A DNA stretch of 64,000 bases from Promethearchaeota archaeon (GCA_011364975.1 RDOE01000005.1:1-64000), one strand, 5' to 3'; shown: positions 10,638-20,594, counted from the stretch's first letter. Notes: generated by a model not told the origin, from the sequence alone. Numbers and translations are program-made.

Positions 10638-10803
10638 TGCGCAAGGGGGGAAGTGTTCTATCATTTAGATATTTTATGATATTTGAACCCCCGACCGTCG
10701 AGATCGTTACGAAACTATCGTAATGACTTACACGGTGTGAGCGTTTAACGTAATTCGTTGTTAATTCATAAACTATGTCGTTATACGACTAAACCACTCG
10801 CGC
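10638..10803 (-). tRNA. tRNA-Val(CAC) with three introns (10745-10776, 10697-10728, 10653-10682)
   Basis: After splicing: acceptor GCGCGAG/CTTGCGC plus discriminator A, anticodon stem ACACG/CGTGT, loop CT-CAC-AC, variable loop AGGTC, T-arm GGGGG-TTCAATT-CCCCC; each intron forms a BHB-like motif. Confidence 0.9.
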
Positions 10804-11079
10804 ATTATATTAATATCTATTAATAATATGTTTGCTTATTTATTTTTTTTATTATTTTTGAAGTTTACATAATTATAAAGATTAGGTGAGAGAAATTGTA
10901 AAATTCAGAAGAGTTCGCTGTTTATTATCTAGTATTTATTTAATAAGCGAGAATACGGAGTTTTAAGCAATTGAACGTTAATTTATTAAAAAGTTATTAA
11001 GATAATTTAAGAGATTCGATAGACTCTTAATTTTTATTAAATAAGTGATTATTTTTTCGTATAAAGTAATTTGGAATAA

Positions 11080-13434
11080 TTGAGCTTGGTGATTTCTGTA
11101 GTATCAAATGAGTCCTTTATCTCGCATCCCTTAATTAAGGAAAATACTGTTTTAAGACGCGAATATCAGGAAAACATCTTTATTAACTGTTTAAACACTA
11201 ATTGCATGGTAATTATACCCACGGGATTAGGAAAAACGATAGTTGGACTCATGTTGGCGGTTCAGAGATTATCTGAATTTCCAAATTCAAAAATAATTCT
11301 TTTAGCTCCGACCAAACCGTTAGTAAATCAGCATTATTCTTCTTTTTTGGACCTTACTGTAATCCCCCCTGAAAGTTTAAAAGCGATTACTGGAACTACG
11401 GCTCCTGAGAAAAGGAGAGAGCTCTGGGAGGATTTACAGGTTGCTTTTATGACCCCCCAAGTACTTCAAAATGATATCATCTCAAATGTATGTTCTTTAA
11501 AGGATGTATCTCTCATAATTTTTGACGAATGTCATCGAGCAGTCGGTGATTATGCGTATTGTTTTATAGCAAAGAAGTATATGGAGAGCGCAAGAAATTC
11601 GCAAATATTAGGTTTAACCGCTAGTCCGGGTTCTACAGAAGGAAAAATAAATGAGATTAAAACTAATTTGTATATCAAACATATCGAGATAAGAACAGAG
11701 AAAGATTCTGATGTTAAACCATACATTCAGAAAGTTGATAATGAATGGATCAAAGTAAAGCTTCCTTCTCAATTTTTAGAAATTAAAAACATCATAGTAG
11801 AGAAATTAAGAACGAATTATAAATTTTTAAAGGAGGTGGATTTATTAGCTTCTTCAGACCTTACAAAAGTAGTGCGGAAAGACCTCCTTAAAGTTGACTC
11901 GATAATTAATAGTCGATTACGGAGTACCAGAGATGACAACGAAAAATATCAATTATTTGCGGCAAAAAAATCTACTGCTAATGCCATCAGATTATCCCAT
12001 ATGGATGAATTGATTGAAACACAAGGAGTGAGTGCATTTCATGATTATGTAGAAAAAAATAAAGATAAAATTAAACGAAATACTGCTAATAAATCGTTAT
12101 TGGAATTATTTAATGATCCGGATATTAAACACATTATTAAATTATCTGAATCCGTGATATCTCAAAATATTGTTCATCCGAAACTTGAAAAATTACAGGA
12201 TTTATTAATTACCCAACTGAACGAAAATGAGCAATCAAGGATTTTAGTGTTTTGTCATTTTCGGGATTCTGTTAACAATATTGTTTCCTTCTTGGAAGGA
12301 AAAGAGAATATCCGGGTTCATAAATTTGTAGGGCAACAAACAAAATCATCCGACAAAGGGTTAACTCAAAAGGAACAATTGCAAATTATACAAGAGTTTA
12401 AAGAAGGAATATATAACACTCTTATTGCCACCAGCGTAGGAGAGGAAGGATTAGACATTGCTGAATGTGACTTGGTTGTATTTTATGATGTTGTTCCAAG
12501 TGCCATTCGGTCTATTCAACGTCGAGGTAGAACCGGCAGAAAGAAGGAAGGAAAAGTTTTTATTCTAATGGCAGAAGGTACTCGAGATGAGGGATATTAT
12601 TGGGCAGAAAAGTCAAAAGAACGAACAATGAAAGAGAGTTTAAGAAAGATGAAAGAGAATGAATTACCTGCAAAGGCAGGTCAATCCAATCTTCTTAATT
12701 TTATTGAAAAGCCTAAAAAAGAAAATACAGCGCCATCTAACCAAAATCCAGAAACCTCATCTGATATTCCCAAAATGGAAGATGCTAATCATTTTTCTAT
12801 TATATGTGATACTCGAGAAACAGTTTCACCTGTGGTTAGAAATTTATCCTTGATTGGAGTTAATTTAAAGTTAGAGCAGTTACCTGTAGCGGATTATATT
12901 ATTTCTGAGCGTGTGGGAGTTGAGAGAAAGTCTTCTGACGATTTTAATAATTCCATTAAAGATGGGAGACTTTTTAATGAGTTATTCGAGTTGAGGAATA
13001 ACTTCGAGCGACCGATATTAGTGTTAGAAGGTAATCCCTTATTAAATACCCCAATTTCAGAGAATGCAGTTTATGGTGCTATTACGTCAATTATTTTAAA
13101 TCTTGGGATCCTAGTGTACAAGACAGTTGATCCATATGAAACTGCAATATTTTTATATCAATTGGCGAAGAAAGAACAATCTGAAAATAAAGGTGACCCA
13201 AAGTTACGATTTGAGAAAAAACCTCTTGAAACTTCGCGCTTATTAGAATATATTGTTGCAGGTATACCAGGAATAAATGCGTTACGTGCAAAGAATTTAT
13301 TGAGAGATTTAACTTCTCTTCAATCAATATTTAACGCAGATATTGGAGATCTTCTTAAAATTGAAAACATTGGAAAAAAAATAGCCCAAGAAATCTATAG
13401 AATTAGTAGATATAAGTATAAAAGTGATACTTAA
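11080..13434 (+). CDS. hef: Hef (FANCM/XPF) helicase-nuclease
   Basis: PTGLGKT, DECH, TAS, QRRGRTGR; ERCC4 nuclease DTRE..ERKS; C-terminal HhH2. Confidence 0.96.
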   Translation: MSLVISVVSNESFISHPLIKENTVLRREYQENIFINCLNTNCMVIIPTGLGKTIVGLMLAVQRLSEFPNSKIILLAPTKPLVNQHYSSFLDLTVIPPESLKAITGTTAPEKRRELWEDLQVAFMTPQVLQNDIISNVCSLKDVSLIIFDECHRAVGDYAYCFIAKKYMESARNSQILGLTASPGSTEGKINEIKTNLYIKHIEIRTEKDSDVKPYIQKVDNEWIKVKLPSQFLEIKNIIVEKLRTNYKFLKEVDLLASSDLTKVVRKDLLKVDSIINSRLRSTRDDNEKYQLFAAKKSTANAIRLSHMDELIETQGVSAFHDYVEKNKDKIKRNTANKSLLELFNDPDIKHIIKLSESVISQNIVHPKLEKLQDLLITQLNENEQSRILVFCHFRDSVNNIVSFLEGKENIRVHKFVGQQTKSSDKGLTQKEQLQIIQEFKEGIYNTLIATSVGEEGLDIAECDLVVFYDVVPSAIRSIQRRGRTGRKKEGKVFILMAEGTRDEGYYWAEKSKERTMKESLRKMKENELPAKAGQSNLLNFIEKPKKENTAPSNQNPETSSDIPKMEDANHFSIICDTRETVSPVVRNLSLIGVNLKLEQLPVADYIISERVGVERKSSDDFNNSIKDGRLFNELFELRNNFERPILVLEGNPLLNTPISENAVYGAITSIILNLGILVYKTVDPYETAIFLYQLAKKEQSENKGDPKLRFEKKPLETSRLLEYIVAGIPGINALRAKNLLRDLTSLQSIFNADIGDLLKIENIGKKIAQEIYRISRYKYKSDT

Positions 13435-13554
13435 TTCCAAAAATAAAGAGTAGAAACAATTAAATTCTTAAAAAATATTTTATTTGTAGAAATTTATTAT
13501 TTAATATAATTAAATGTGTTTTTTCAAACTTAAAAATAAGAGACTGGTGGATTT

Positions 13555-14148
13555 ATTATAATAAAATTCAAGATAATCGTAGCGGGATGCAAAAATGCGG
13601 GTAAAACATCTTTAATAAGGAGATATGCAACTGGAAAATTTGATATCTCAACATTATCCACTATAGGGGTAGATTTCGAAACCAAAAAGGTTGTTGTAGA
13701 TGATAATGAAATTTTACTGAATATATGGGATTTTGCAGGAGAAAAGAAGTTTAGGTTACTACTACCTTCTTATGTTTCAGGAGCCTCAGGAGCTTTGGTT
13801 CTTTATGACATAACGAACCGTGAATCCTTAAAAGATTTACATGATTGGATGAAAGTAATATCTTCTGTGCCAAATAGTCCAAAAACAAAATTACTTATTG
13901 AGGCAAAAACTGATTTAGAAGATCAAAGAGAAGTGACTAAAGAGGACGCTCAAAAGATTTTTGAGAAATATAATTTTTCGGGTAAAATTATTGGAACTTC
14001 TGCAAAAACGGGCAAGAATGTGGAGAAAGTATTTGAAACCCTCGGTAGAGAAATACTTACTAATTCCTTAAAAAAATGCCCTAATTGTGGCAAACTATAT
14101 CCACTAGAACTGAAATTTTGCCAATATTGCGGTCAGCGCACAATGTAA
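13555..14148 (+). CDS. Rab-like small GTPase with C-terminal zinc ribbon; probable ATT/ATA start
   Basis: In-frame extension upstream of the annotated 13795 start gives KFKIIVAGCKNAGKTS, TIGVDF, IWDFAGE; G5 TSAKTG; CPNC..CQYC; exact start uncertain (13555/13558/13561). Confidence 0.92.
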   Translation: MIIKFKIIVAGCKNAGKTSLIRRYATGKFDISTLSTIGVDFETKKVVVDDNEILLNIWDFAGEKKFRLLLPSYVSGASGALVLYDITNRESLKDLHDWMKVISSVPNSPKTKLLIEAKTDLEDQREVTKEDAQKIFEKYNFSGKIIGTSAKTGKNVEKVFETLGREILTNSLKKCPNCGKLYPLELKFCQYCGQRTM

Positions 14149-14288
14149 TAGAACGTAAATATATATCTTATTCAATTTCAATTGCTAAATTATCACTAAT
14201 TATTTTTATTTTATACAAAAATCTTAAAGAGATTAAATCTTTTAAAATCAAAATAGAATATTTAAGATTTTAATTTTGGTGAATTTGT

Positions 14289-15353
14289 TTGTTTTATGAT
14301 ATAAATGATGATATTAATGATATTTTAAAACGATTAGCTCAAGAAAATATTACGTTTAACGATAAGATCATTTTAGTTACCGGAGGTGCGGGATTTCTAG
14401 GATCTTGGGTTTGTGATGTATTAATAAAACAAGGAGCATACTGTATATGTTTAGATAATTTAACATCAGGACGGTTCGATAATATTGCTCACCTAATGAA
14501 AGAAGATAATTTTCGTTTTATTAATCATGATATCTCAGAACCAATATACTTTGGGTTCACGCACCATCCCAAAGGCATATGTGTGGGAGAAATAAAAAAG
14601 ATTGATATTGTGATGCATATGGCAAGTAGAGCATCTCCATTTGAGTTTAAAAAGTACCCGATCCCGATTTTAAAGAGTAATACCCTTGGAACAATGAATG
14701 CTTTAGGAATTGCTAAGGCTCATAATGCTTTATTCTTCTATACAAGCACTTCAGAAGTATATGGAAATCCTCCAGGTGATGCAGTGCCAACATCAGAGGA
14801 CTACTTTGGGCATGTTAACCCTGTGGGTCCTAGGAGTTGCTATGACGAGTCAAAACGTGCTGGAGAAGCTTTTGTTAAAGCCTATGAATTACAGCATAAA
14901 ATAAAAACAAAAATTGTTAGAATATTCAATACGTCAGGACCAAGAATTAGGTCTGGTTCTGAATTTGGTCGAGTAGTTCCAAACTTTATCAAACAAGCCT
15001 TAAGCAATCAAGATATCACTGTATTTGGGGATGGTACTCAAACAAGATCCTTCATCTATGTTACAGATGAAATTGAAGGAATTTTAAAGATGGTATATAA
15101 AGAAGAAGCCCTTGGAGAAGTAATTAATTTAGGAAATGATAAGGAATTCACAATATTAGAATTAGCAAACATGATTAAAGAATTAACCCATTCAGATTCT
15201 AAAATTACATTTAAACCTTTACCGATTGATGATCCTGTGAGAAGATGTGCTGATTTAACAAAAGCAAAAAAGTTGTTGCATTGGCAACCAACTACAACTT
15301 TAAAAGAAGCGTTAATAAAAACCATTGCCTGGTTTAAAGATAATGAGTTATAA
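14289..15353 (+). CDS. UDP-glucuronate decarboxylase-like NAD-dependent epimerase/dehydratase
   Basis: GGAGFLG, ASP, STSEVYG, RSCYDESKR, QTRSF, DDP.RR. Confidence 0.92.
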   Translation: MFYDINDDINDILKRLAQENITFNDKIILVTGGAGFLGSWVCDVLIKQGAYCICLDNLTSGRFDNIAHLMKEDNFRFINHDISEPIYFGFTHHPKGICVGEIKKIDIVMHMASRASPFEFKKYPIPILKSNTLGTMNALGIAKAHNALFFYTSTSEVYGNPPGDAVPTSEDYFGHVNPVGPRSCYDESKRAGEAFVKAYELQHKIKTKIVRIFNTSGPRIRSGSEFGRVVPNFIKQALSNQDITVFGDGTQTRSFIYVTDEIEGILKMVYKEEALGEVINLGNDKEFTILELANMIKELTHSDSKITFKPLPIDDPVRRCADLTKAKKLLHWQPTTTLKEALIKTIAWFKDNEL

Positions 15354-15867
15354 AGAAAAAGCCACCAAATCAACTGAGTTAGAAAAAGATAACAAATATT
15401 TTGATAAATTAGTAACACTGTTATTGTTAATTGGAATTATTATTATATCAGGTTTTCTTCTCTATTCGATATTAAACCCGGAACCGGGTGATGTTAGCTT
15501 TGGGATTTTAAATTCTGAAAAAGAAGCTGGTAATTATCCCACTAGTGTTGAGCTTGGTAATAATATTTCATTTTTTCTTACGGTAAATAATTATTTTAAC
15601 AGAGAGTTTTCATTTCGAATTGAGCTTTTGATAAGTAACGACACTGTGATAACTCTTCCTTCAAATCGTTTATATGCGCGTTCTATATTAAATACATCAA
15701 CCTTAACTATACATAGATATAGCAGTTGGGTTTCTAATCGGTTTGATGTGTCATTTACCGAACCTGGGGATAATCAAACAATAATAGCGGAATTGTGGGA
15801 GATTAATGATGACTTTCCTGGTAAATTTTTTACTAGTTTATATTTGAGGTTAAATGTAACGATCTAA
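15343..15867 (+). CDS. DUF1616-like membrane-anchored Ig-like protein
   Basis: TM followed by ILN....AGNYP motif and final L.L.LNV strand; ATG at 15343. Confidence 0.75.
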   Translation: MSYKEKATKSTELEKDNKYFDKLVTLLLLIGIIIISGFLLYSILNPEPGDVSFGILNSEKEAGNYPTSVELGNNISFFLTVNNYFNREFSFRIELLISNDTVITLPSNRLYARSILNTSTLTIHRYSSWVSNRFDVSFTEPGDNQTIIAELWEINDDFPGKFFTSLYLRLNVTI

Positions 15868-17240
15868 TTCGCACTTCCTATTATTTTAACATCATCAATT
15901 TTGACGTAGGGGGCATAATAAGCTCCATATACATGGTATTCTTTAGAAACTGCACTTATTTTGTGGAACATATCTAATAGATTTAAACCAAACATCGTTT
16001 CATTTAAAGGACTACCAATTTCTCCATTTATTATGATATTACCTTGAGTAATTAATCCTGAAAAGTCTCCTGTTGATATATTTGGAGAATCTGCTGTATG
16101 ATGCATAAAGATTCCATCTTTGATGCTATGAATGAGTTCATCCTTGGATATTGTTCCTGATTTTAAAATAAAATTAGTTATTCCAATAGATGGTAAGGAA
16201 CTATAGGATTTTCTCGTAGCATTCCCAGTACTTTCTATTCCTTCCTTCCCTGCGGTATAACTGTTGTGTAATAATCCCGTGTCTAAAAATACGCCCTTAT
16301 CAAAGATTTTCTTATTTTTACAGGGTACCCCCTCTTCATCATGGCTAGAAGAACCTACAGCACCGTCGATTAGAGCGTTATCTTCGATATTTAAAAAGTC
16401 TGATCCAATTTTTTGGCCTATTGTGTCGATTAAAAAGCTTCGTTTGTATTGGTATGTTTCTGCATTAATTGCCGCGGCTATAGGTCTTAGTATTAAATCT
16501 ATTGATGCTCGAGGAGAAAGAATTAAAGCTAGGTTCTTCGATTTAATTTTTATCCTATTTAAATTATTCCTTGCATTTTCAAGTGCGTTATTAACGATAA
16601 ATCTTGCATCTATTTCATTAATTTTCCGTTTTATCTGATAATCAAACCCATTTGAAATTTCACCTGTTTTATCATCTTTAAGGGTGATTTCTGAAAAGAT
16701 GGAAAAATGAGTTTCTTTACTAAAAATTTCAATTCCATTTGAATTAAGGATAAAGGTTTTCGTATTATTGGAGGTGAAACTAGCCGATTGAGAGATAGCA
16801 GACTGTTCTTTAGAACATTCATCAATTAAATCATTTAAATATATAATTGAATCTTCTATTTTTAAATTCTCAATATCCTTATCATAAATTCCTTTTACAG
16901 GGGGGTATCTTGAAGACTTTGCGGGTAGATCTATAAAGTCTGGATCGATGCTGCCTGCTTTCATCATTTTAGACGCGGTTTTCACTATTTTTTCGATCGA
17001 TGTAGCGTTGAATATATTTGTAAACGCAAAACCTAAAGAGCCGTGATGATTATAAACTCGAATTGATATACCACCTTCATTTCCCACCTCATTATGCTTA
17101 ATAGCGTTTTGTTCGACTTCGATGTTTAAGTATTCGTTTAACCCAACAAAAATCTCTGCACATTTTAAATCTCTTATATTTTTTTGTGCTAGATTAATTC
17201 CTTTATTAGCAAGAGCAAAAATATCATAATTTTCATCCAT
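15864..17240 (-). CDS. pmbA: PmbA/TldE family protein
   Basis: D.EGVP, STGNA.R, TGDFS; no HExxxH; directly after TldD. Confidence 0.9.
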   Translation of the reverse strand: MDENYDIFALANKGINLAQKNIRDLKCAEIFVGLNEYLNIEVEQNAIKHNEVGNEGGISIRVYNHHGSLGFAFTNIFNATSIEKIVKTASKMMKAGSIDPDFIDLPAKSSRYPPVKGIYDKDIENLKIEDSIIYLNDLIDECSKEQSAISQSASFTSNNTKTFILNSNGIEIFSKETHFSIFSEITLKDDKTGEISNGFDYQIKRKINEIDARFIVNNALENARNNLNRIKIKSKNLALILSPRASIDLILRPIAAAINAETYQYKRSFLIDTIGQKIGSDFLNIEDNALIDGAVGSSSHDEEGVPCKNKKIFDKGVFLDTGLLHNSYTAGKEGIESTGNATRKSYSSLPSIGITNFILKSGTISKDELIHSIKDGIFMHHTADSPNISTGDFSGLITQGNIIINGEIGSPLNETMFGLNLLDMFHKISAVSKEYHVYGAYYAPYVKIDDVKIIGSAN

Positions 17241-18692
17241 TTAATTTAGACCTCCGACGGTAATATCATTTATTCTAATGTAAGGCCCCCCATCACATAC
17301 CCTAACACTTTGACCAGATTTTCCGCAAATTCCGTCCGAATAATTAAAACTAGATTTATCACTTATACCAGATATTTTGTTTAAAACTTCTAATATGATT
17401 CCCGAAAGGGCAACATCTCTCATTAGTTGTTTTTTTTCACCGTTTTCGATTTCATAAGAAAACTTACACTTAAATTGGAAATTACCCGTAGTAGGATTGG
17501 TGTATCCGTATAAAAAGTCTTCGCACAAGATCGCATGTTTAGTGTCCTCTATTAGCTCATCAACTTTCCAATCTTTTGGTTCTAAATAAATAAAACCCAT
17601 GCGTACTAAAGGCTTAGAAGAACTAGATGAAGCTCTTCCATGACCGTTTGGAGCTACATTCATACGCGAGGCGGTTTCAATATTATGTAAATAGTTTTTA
17701 AGTATTCCATTTTCAATAACGGTGGTAGATTGTGATTCAATTCCCTCATCATCAACATTATAGCACCCATACAATTCATATGGTAGATTAAATTTTTTAC
17801 CTTGTCCTAATGTTGGGTTATCTATAATCGTTACCTCATCAACTGCCACTTTCTCATCAATTTTCCCCTCTAAAATGCTTTCTTTATTAAGAACTGTATC
17901 CGCTTCACATGCATGTCCAAAAGCCTCATGTATTAGTGTCCCTGTGAGCTTTGGATCAGCTATAATGGTGAATTTCCCCCCTTTTGGAGATTTTGCTGTC
18001 AACAGTTCAATCGCTTCGGTAGCAGTTTTTTTACTAATTTCATTTGCATTTTCAGTAGTTAATACTTCAAATCCACCGATTCCACCGACAGAGTTAATTG
18101 ATCTTTGGATAATTCCTTTCTTTTTGGAATAAACCATGCTAAATAAGCGTAAAAAGGAAAGCTTTTGAATAATCCTACTTCCAAAGGAATTTATTAATAC
18201 TGAATTTGCAATATTATCTGTATAAATAGTGTGAGTGTTAGTGATTTCATTTGCGAAATTTGCGGCAATTTTTTCATGGTTTTTAACTAAATTGATTTTA
18301 TCTTCAATATTAACATCCTCTAAGGGAATTTTTCCAAAATTCTGATAATTAATTTCTTGTGGATTTAGTTGGTTTATTGTAAACTTAAAATTTAATAAAG
18401 ATTCTGAGAGTTTAGCTAGTTTTATTGACTTTGAAAATGAGTTTAAAATTTCTTTCTTGTTTAAATCCTTTAACACACAAAATCCCCAGCCTCCATTAAT
18501 AAAGGTTCGAATCCCACAGTCGTTTACTTCATAGTAGGATACTTCTTTTCTTTTTTGGTCAGTAAAATCAACAGTAGTTACAATATTTTTACTATCTCGG
18601 ACATCCCAATATTGAATTTGGTTTTGAGCGATATTATCAAGTTGTTTTACTAGACTGTTATCAAATATTTTTAAGTCATCTGAAAGTTCCAT
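17241..18692 (-). CDS. tldD: TldD metalloprotease
   Basis: HEAFGHACEAD, DDEG, NGHGR, CGKSGQ. Confidence 0.93.
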   Translation of the reverse strand: MELSDDLKIFDNSLVKQLDNIAQNQIQYWDVRDSKNIVTTVDFTDQKRKEVSYYEVNDCGIRTFINGGWGFCVLKDLNKKEILNSFSKSIKLAKLSESLLNFKFTINQLNPQEINYQNFGKIPLEDVNIEDKINLVKNHEKIAANFANEITNTHTIYTDNIANSVLINSFGSRIIQKLSFLRLFSMVYSKKKGIIQRSINSVGGIGGFEVLTTENANEISKKTATEAIELLTAKSPKGGKFTIIADPKLTGTLIHEAFGHACEADTVLNKESILEGKIDEKVAVDEVTIIDNPTLGQGKKFNLPYELYGCYNVDDEGIESQSTTVIENGILKNYLHNIETASRMNVAPNGHGRASSSSSKPLVRMGFIYLEPKDWKVDELIEDTKHAILCEDFLYGYTNPTTGNFQFKCKFSYEIENGEKKQLMRDVALSGIILEVLNKISGISDKSSFNYSDGICGKSGQSVRVCDGGPYIRINDITVGGLN

Positions 18693-18776
18693 CGATAAAT
18701 GCTTCGTATTATTACTTCTAATGACTATAGAAAAGTTGCAAATACTTTAAAGGTTAAAGTTTTAAGTTAAAATGTT

Positions 18777-19046
18777 TTATTTTCTTAGTTTAAAATTTAC
18801 ATAAATATTTTTTTCTAGATTGAGAAATTTATTTAATGAGAGATTCTCTGATTTTTCTTTTAGCTTTTTGATAATTTTAATCGCTTCATGAAGGCTGCAT
18901 TGTTGTGAAAATTTTGTAGAGTTTTTAAACTGAAAGGATTTCGCGCATTTCCAGCACCTTTTAGTTTTTATAATTTTATTTGAATAATACCACTCCCCGC
19001 AATGATAGCACCGAAAGAAGTAAAATTTCTGGATATTGGGTATCAC
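18777..19046 (-). CDS. DUF1922-like zinc-ribbon protein
   Basis: FRCYHCG...KTKRCWKC. Confidence 0.75.
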   Translation of the reverse strand: MIPNIQKFYFFRCYHCGEWYYSNKIIKTKRCWKCAKSFQFKNSTKFSQQCSLHEAIKIIKKLKEKSENLSLNKFLNLEKNIYVNFKLRK

Positions 19047-19232
19047 AATACTAAGAGATGTAATAAATTTTTATTTTAACTCAGTGAATTAATTTACTAA
19101 ATTATACAGAGGTTTTAATTAATTTATAAGGGAAATCATGTTTTACTCTTTTTTTGATATTCTTGGAAATAATAAAATTGGAAGATACATTTTATTCAAT
19201 TAAGGAGTTTAAATAAAGTCACATTAAATAAA

Positions 19233-20594
19233 ATGACTCATAAATTTATAAGTCCAATTGAAAATAGATATCGAACTCCAATAGCTGATTTGTTTACTCA
19301 AGAAAAAAAATTGGAGTATTGGTTGAGGGTTGAGGCTGAATTAGCTCTAGCACATGCAAAATTAGAAAGTATTCCTAAAGACAGTGCTAAGGAAATTAAG
19401 AAAAAGGCAAATTTAAATTATGTTAAATTGGAAAGAGTTAACCAAATCGATAATGAGATACACCATGATTTAATGGCAATGGTAAAGGCCTTAAGTGAAC
19501 AATGTGAAGGGGATGCTGGCAAATATGTTCATTTAGGGGCTACTAGTTATGATATTGAAGATACAGCTTCAGCATTACAACTAAAAGAAGCATTACTTAT
19601 TATTAGAAAATCTTTGATTGAGCTATTAAGTGAATTGATTAGAGTTATGGAAGAAAAAAAAAATTTAGTGTGTATAGGAAGAACTCATGGTCAACATGCT
19701 TTACCTACTACATATGGAATGAGATTTGGTGTATGGAGCTATGAAATAGATCGTCATATAGACCGAATTGATGAAGTTTTGGAAAGAATTTCGTATGGTA
19801 AAATGTCTGGGGCTGTTGGCACAATGGCTAGTTTTGGAGAAAAGGGAATTGAATTACAGAAATTGGTAATGAAAGCTCTTGAACTCAATCCCGTTTTAAT
19901 TGCTAATCAAATAATTCAACGGGACCGTCATGCTGAAGTTCTTTTCCTTACTGCATTAATTGCGCAATCTATTGCAAAAATTGCAAAAGAATTCCGAATT
20001 TTGCAAAGAAATGAAATTGCAGAGATGTTTGAACCCTTTAAAAAAACTCAGGTTGGTAGTTCAACAATGCCACATAAGCGTAACCCTCACAAATCAGAAA
20101 GAATTTGCAGTTTGGCTCGATTATTAAAGTCTCATATAATCACTGCATTAGATAATATTATTTTAGAAGATGAACGAGATTTAACTAACTCCGCTAATGA
20201 GAGATTCATTTTTTCCGAGAATTTCATATTATTGGATTATATTATTTCACAGATGAAAAATATAGTTAAAAATCTTGAATTTGATGAAGAACAAATAGAA
20301 AAGAATCTAAATTTAACCAAGGGAGCGATTTTAGCAGAAAGAATTATGGTTGATTTAGTCAAGAAAGGTATAGGACGGCAAGAGGGGCATGAAATATTAC
20401 GAACAGCAGCAATCAAGGCTAAAAAGGAAAATCGTTATATTAAAGAGATATTGTTGGAGTTAGAGATTATCAATAAAAAATTTTCATCTGAAGAATTGGA
20501 TACAATCTTGAATCCTTATAATTATATTGGAAAAGCTATTGAACAAGTGGAATCCCTTGTTAAAAATTTAAAACAAAAACATAATTTATCATAA
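19233..20594 (+). CDS. purB: Adenylosuccinate lyase
   Basis: HLGATS, GRTHGQHA, GSSTMPHKRNP. Confidence 0.97.
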   Translation: MTHKFISPIENRYRTPIADLFTQEKKLEYWLRVEAELALAHAKLESIPKDSAKEIKKKANLNYVKLERVNQIDNEIHHDLMAMVKALSEQCEGDAGKYVHLGATSYDIEDTASALQLKEALLIIRKSLIELLSELIRVMEEKKNLVCIGRTHGQHALPTTYGMRFGVWSYEIDRHIDRIDEVLERISYGKMSGAVGTMASFGEKGIELQKLVMKALELNPVLIANQIIQRDRHAEVLFLTALIAQSIAKIAKEFRILQRNEIAEMFEPFKKTQVGSSTMPHKRNPHKSERICSLARLLKSHIITALDNIILEDERDLTNSANERFIFSENFILLDYIISQMKNIVKNLEFDEEQIEKNLNLTKGAILAERIMVDLVKKGIGRQEGHEILRTAAIKAKKENRYIKEILLELEIINKKFSSEELDTILNPYNYIGKAIEQVESLVKNLKQKHNLS

